Source: a virus
Virus record (IMG/VR): IMGVR_UViG_3300037245_001837
Location: 10,396-74,395 of that record
Direction: 5' to 3' (one strand)
DNA: 64,000 bases
Shown: piece by piece, positions 60,783 to 64,000 of the stretch
Layout of the letters: each line of letters starts with the position of its first letter
Numbering within the stretch: the first letter of the stretch is position 1
The notes under the pieces: generated by a model
The model's database searches: none
What the model saw: only the letters and a program-made list of their open reading frames with translations
What the model was told of the DNA's origin: nothing
Program-made: the position numbers and the translations under genes

Positions 60783-61119
60783 ATGAACGTAAACAAAGCA
60801 ACCGCAATAGTTACAATCTTAAGTATATCTTTATTTGTTATCCTATTGTCAAATTTCACATTTGATGAGGCTACGACAAAAATTTTAAATAACATATTAG
60901 AAACCTCAACAGATATAGCAATCCCTGTTATATTCGTAATACTATTTATATTCCTTTACGTTTCTATAATGGGAACAGGAAAAAACACCTCTAAATAAAA
61001 TCACTATGAAAACATTACTATTAAAATACTTGAACATCATACTTTGTACATGGGCAGTTTTATTCATTGCATTGGCGATTATCGGACTTATACAAAATAC
61101 TAACACGTTAACTTATTAA
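60783..61119 (+). CDS. Two small membrane proteins (60783..60998, 61006..61119)
   Basis: Strongly hydrophobic segments; first genes after promoter. Confidence 0.6.
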
Positions 61120-61135
61120 TTTAAAACTTTATACG

Positions 61136-61432
61136 ATGAAAAATTTAAACAGTTTACAAAAAGCAATGTTAAAAGCTCTATTATTATTAGTTTGTTTATT
61201 CGCTATCACAGCAGCCACAGCGCAAACAGAGTATAAAATACAAGGGAATGAGATTGTAAAAGTACAGGACAGCACCAAAGCCAAAGCGCAACCAGTTAAA
61301 ACGGGATTGATCCACAAAATAAAAAATGTTTCTTATCCTGTTTTTAAAAGTGTTCGAGGTTCTTATTTTATTTTAAGAACATCCAAAAAAACAGGAAAGC
61401 AGTACAAACAATATTTAAAAATTTCTAAATAA
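61136..61432 (+). CDS. Secreted basic protein
   Basis: Signal peptide ending ATA-Q; YPVFKS.RGSYFILRTSKKTGK.YKQYL. Confidence 0.75.
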   Translation: MKNLNSLQKAMLKALLLLVCLFAITAATAQTEYKIQGNEIVKVQDSTKAKAQPVKTGLIHKIKNVSYPVFKSVRGSYFILRTSKKTGKQYKQYLKISK

Positions 61433-61439
61433 TAGTATT

Positions 61440-61748
61440 ATGAAAACAGCAACTATAAAAATATTACTTTATTCTATTTCAGAACTACAGGAGCAACCAA
61501 AGGATATAGCTATACAGGAACACGAAAATTTTTTAGTGTCTCAGGGCATGGAAATTGAAAACGAAGAAGGAAAACTTGAAAATATACCGTACAACCCAAC
61601 AAAGGAAGAAATTATTGAAAGTATAGAAATTAACGATTATTTATTTTTTAAAAATGGAGACATGGCTAACTGTACTACTTTTGTAGGCAATCATCCAAGA
61701 GCAGGTAAAACAGTATTAAACTTTAGAGGTTCAGAGTACGAAATTTAA
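61440..61748 (+). CDS. Conserved phage early protein
   Basis: LYSISEL...KDIAI...IIESIEINDYLF..NG motif. Confidence 0.65.
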   Translation: MKTATIKILLYSISELQEQPKDIAIQEHENFLVSQGMEIENEEGKLENIPYNPTKEEIIESIEINDYLFFKNGDMANCTTFVGNHPRAGKTVLNFRGSEYEI

Positions 61749-61760
61749 AATTATTAAAAT

Positions 61761-61835
61761 AATCGATTGAGCGATTTAAAAAAGGTTTTTAAGCTCAAAG
61801 CGTTGGACAGGTTTTTTATTCCTGTTCAGGTAAAC
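61761..61835 (+). ncRNA. Pistol self-cleaving ribozyme
   Basis: P1 AATCG/CGATT, pseudoknot TTGAG/CTCAA, AAA linker, P2 GTTT/AAAC, TTAAG, AGCG, P3 TGGACAGG/CCTGTTCA, G-G|T cleavage site. Confidence 0.88.
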
Positions 61836-61850
61836 ACAAAAATATATATT

Positions 61851-62360
61851 ATGTTCAAATTAGATGTTATTTATTATAAGGAAAATGCAAAGGTTATAAA
61901 ATTAGATCATAATTGCAAAACTGAAAACGGAATTACACCAGAGGAACAATTTAAAATCGTTGAAATTATAGGAGACTACGAACAACTAAAAATCGAAAAC
62001 CAATACCAACAACAATATATAATAAATTCTAACCAGATACAGGAGCCAACACAAAAAGAAAGGTTTTTTATTGAATGGGAAAATGTTACACTTATTAAAA
62101 TATTTGAAACGAAAGTAATTGACAACCGAACAAAAGAAAATGATTATATAATTTTTAGTATTGCTATTGATGAAGAAAAGGAAAATTTTACAGCTCAACA
62201 CGTAGGATTGACAAAAGAAGAAGAGCAGAGCAATAAAATATCGTTTAAAAGTATTGATATTGATTTTGATTTTAGTATTGACGAACACCTGCAAGAATTA
62301 CACGAAGAATGCCAAAACGCAATTTTACAAAGTGATATTTTTACACTTGCAGAAGATTAA
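61851..62360 (+). CDS. Hypothetical protein (true start probably ATG 61851, not TTG 61767)
   Basis: Upstream part of the track ORF is occupied by the pistol ribozyme; A-rich leader before ATG. Confidence 0.7.
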   Translation: MFKLDVIYYKENAKVIKLDHNCKTENGITPEEQFKIVEIIGDYEQLKIENQYQQQYIINSNQIQEPTQKERFFIEWENVTLIKIFETKVIDNRTKENDYIIFSIAIDEEKENFTAQHVGLTKEEEQSNKISFKSIDIDFDFSIDEHLQELHEECQNAILQSDIFTLAED

Positions 62361-62397
62361 AAAGAAATTATAAAAACAACATCTAAATATATATATC

Positions 62398-63057
62398 ATG
62401 AAAACATTAAACCATAGAGAACCAAAAACAATCACAAACGACATACAAACCTTTTTAAAAGATTATAAATTTATAAAAAAGGAGTTTTTAAACGATCCTA
62501 AATATTTGGAGTTAAAAAAAGAACTACACGAAAGCCAAAACGCATATAAATTTAATGCAATGTATTTATTTATAGAGGCTCAAAACATTGTTAACAATCA
62601 TTTAAACAAATTACAGCCAGAATATGAAAAAATAATAAATAATATTTTAGGTCAAAAATTTGAAAATATGGATTGTAGCCGTAACCATAAATTAAAAAAT
62701 ATTTTTGATCATATAGAAGGTGTAAAAACAAAAGAGCTTAAAAATTATAGTTACAGGATAACAACCTCAACAGCCAGAAGCTATAATAATTTTATTTTAA
62801 CGGTTGATGTTTATATATGGAATGGATCAAATAACGCACGATACAGCGATACAAAATATATAGCAAAATTTGAGAATCAAACCAGTTTTTGCGGATTTTA
62901 TGAGGCACACAAATTTGAGACTTTTAATGTAAAAACAGAATTAAAAAAGCTGAAAAAGTACGAAGCCGAAAAAAAGAAATTTGAAGAGCTTAAAAGCAAA
63001 CTAAATAATCCTTTTATGAGCCAATTTTTATTTAATTTTAATAGAGACCAATTTTAA
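62398..63057 (+). CDS. Hypothetical protein
   Basis: ORF track. Confidence 0.7.
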   Translation: MKTLNHREPKTITNDIQTFLKDYKFIKKEFLNDPKYLELKKELHESQNAYKFNAMYLFIEAQNIVNNHLNKLQPEYEKIINNILGQKFENMDCSRNHKLKNIFDHIEGVKTKELKNYSYRITTSTARSYNNFILTVDVYIWNGSNNARYSDTKYIAKFENQTSFCGFYEAHKFETFNVKTELKKLKKYEAEKKKFEELKSKLNNPFMSQFLFNFNRDQF

Positions 63058-63059
63058 AA

Positions 63060-63401
63060 ATGAAAGAGACAGCCAACACACAAACCGAAAACACAAGATT
63101 TACCGATTATATGAATAAATCATTAAAATTTAGAACTCAATTAAATAAATACATGAGTTCCAGAGGTGAAGATTTAAGCATAAAAGTAAGCGTTTTTAAT
63201 TTACTTGATAAAGTAGATCATAAAAGCGAAAAAAACCAAGAATTTAGAAACGAGTTTTTTAAATGGTTAAGCAATGCAAAAGGATACAGCACAATAAAAT
63301 TAAGAGAATTTTGCAAAATCGTTGACGTTGACTACTGGCGAAGCTTAAAAGAATCTAATGTTATAGATGTTTTTGATTCGTGCAGTTGCTTAAATAGCTA
63401 A
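63060..63401 (+). CDS. Hypothetical protein
   Basis: ORF track. Confidence 0.65.
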   Translation: MKETANTQTENTRFTDYMNKSLKFRTQLNKYMSSRGEDLSIKVSVFNLLDKVDHKSEKNQEFRNEFFKWLSNAKGYSTIKLREFCKIVDVDYWRSLKESNVIDVFDSCSCLNS

Positions 63402-63468
63402 AAACCAACACAAAAAAACAAGAAAAAGCAATTTTGCAGCAAAACACCAAAAAGCCAACATTATGAAA

Positions 63469-63555
63469 TAGTTAAAAAAATATCGAAATAGCCAATTAAC
63501 AACTGGCTATCGTGTAAAACGTGTTGAAATTTGCACCTGATGAGCAACACAACTA
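63469..63555 (+). ncRNA. Type II hammerhead ribozyme with 1-bp stem II and pseudoknot
   Basis: C-GAAA, stem III TAGCCA/TGGCTA, ATC cleavage triplet, stem I GTGTAAA/TTTGCAC, CTGATGA-G, loop I GTGTTG pairs with 3' CAACAC. Confidence 0.9.
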
Positions 63556-63572
63556 ATTTAAAAAAATATATC

Positions 63573-63692
63573 ATGAAAGATTTACAAATATTAAAACAGT
63601 TATTAAACGGGCATCATTTAGAACCTAAAGAAATAGAACAGGCAAAGAAGGTTTTAAACAGATTAAATATTGAATTAAAAAACAGGTTATAA
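63573..63692 (+). CDS. Small hypothetical protein (39 aa)
   Basis: MKDLQILKQLLNGHHLE..., downstream of hammerhead. Confidence 0.6.
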   Translation: MKDLQILKQLLNGHHLEPKEIEQAKKVLNRLNIELKNRL

Positions 63693-63704
63693 AAAATTAA
63701 GATC

Positions 63705-64000
63705 ATGAAAAATACATATAGAACAAACGAAGAACTAAAAAAGTACTTTAATAAATCATTATATCAAATTAAAACCTCTTTAAGAAAAGGCGAAGTAAAA
63801 ACAAACGTTAAAAAAGTTTTAGTTTACAACCCTTTAGATTTTAGTAAAAGAATTGCACCATGTAGCGGTTGCGATATTGTTATAAATAACGACTCTACAA
63901 ACAGCGATTATATTTTCGATTTAAAAAAAGGTTTAAATACTTCAACAAGTGCCTTTAGTTTGCACAGATACAAAGAAATTAACATTTTCACATTTTGCGA
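63705..64000 (+). CDS. Partial hypothetical protein (runs off window)
   Basis: ATG with A-rich leader, frame appears open to the window end. Confidence 0.55.
   Translation, partial: MKNTYRTNEELKKYFNKSLYQIKTSLRKGEVKTNVKKVLVYNPLDFSKRIAPCSGCDIVINNDSTNSDYIFDLKKGLNTSTSAFSLHRYKEINIFTFC

Larger units (their letters stand above)
1..64000. mobile_element. Tailed bacteriophage genome segment (podovirus-like), probable Bacteroidota host
   Basis: Terminase, portal, capsid, tail, lysis and phage replication genes; no host housekeeping genes; repeated TAnnTTTG promoters. Confidence 0.95.

Noticed and set aside
61767-61850. N-terminal extension of ORF 61767..62360
   Set aside because: TTG start lies inside the pistol ribozyme; ATG 61851 has the typical A-rich leader
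61832-61860. dif-like site (ATATATATTATGTTCAAAT)
   Set aside because: XerD-arm similarity is imperfect, XerC arm absent, and it coincides with an AT-rich start-codon context
169-62294. Many short antisense or nested ORFs in the track (e.g. 490..780, 17325..17639, 29315..29626, 44681..45175, 61986..62294)
   Set aside because: Shadow frames opposite well-supported genes, with no promoter or motif support
1-64000. Stop-codon reassignment, CRISPR array, diversity-generating retroelement, integrase
   Set aside because: Long genes are intact in the standard code with TAG used as a stop; no regular repeat-spacer array, reverse transcriptase or recombinase motif recognised

Overview
The whole window is an AT-rich tailed-phage genome segment, most likely infecting a Bacteroidota (Flavobacteriaceae-type) host: promoters match the TAnnTTTG -7 motif, Shine-Dalgarno sites are not apparent, and several ORFs belong to Bacteroidota-type families (DUF3127, DUF4494). 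Layout: recombination and replication genes at 0.4-10.2 kb (putative annealing protein, HIRAN-exonuclease, SMC-like ATPase, iteron-bearing initiator, DnaC-like loader, stand-alone FtsK-gamma, DNA methyltransferase); a dense array of tiny accessory genes at 10.6-16.1 kb; a podovirus-type morphogenesis block at 17.3-45.7 kb (scaffold, capsid, tail tube/adaptor, 1410-aa tail hub, ejection proteins including a 2571-aa polyvalent protein, terminase, portal, tail fibre); lysis genes at 46.2-48.2 kb; a second accessory block at 49-59.7 kb; a ~1 kb non-coding divergence zone; and the start of a probable early operon at 60.8-64 kb. I recognised no integrase, DNA polymerase, RNA polymerase, reverse transcriptase or CRISPR array. 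Most notable: (1) a pistol ribozyme and a pseudoknotted type II hammerhead in the early operon, plus at least four orphan structured intergenic RNAs, one a tRNA-like RNA with three T-loops; (2) two host-domain mimics, an RpoB insertion-domain copy fused to DUF4494-like repeats and a free FtsK-gamma domain; (3) an A10 slippage site at the start of the giant ejection protein that opens a hidden -1 frame amphipathic peptide; (4) single genes bracketed by 14-17 bp direct repeats overlapping stop/start junctions. All family assignments come from motif recognition by eye, not database searches.
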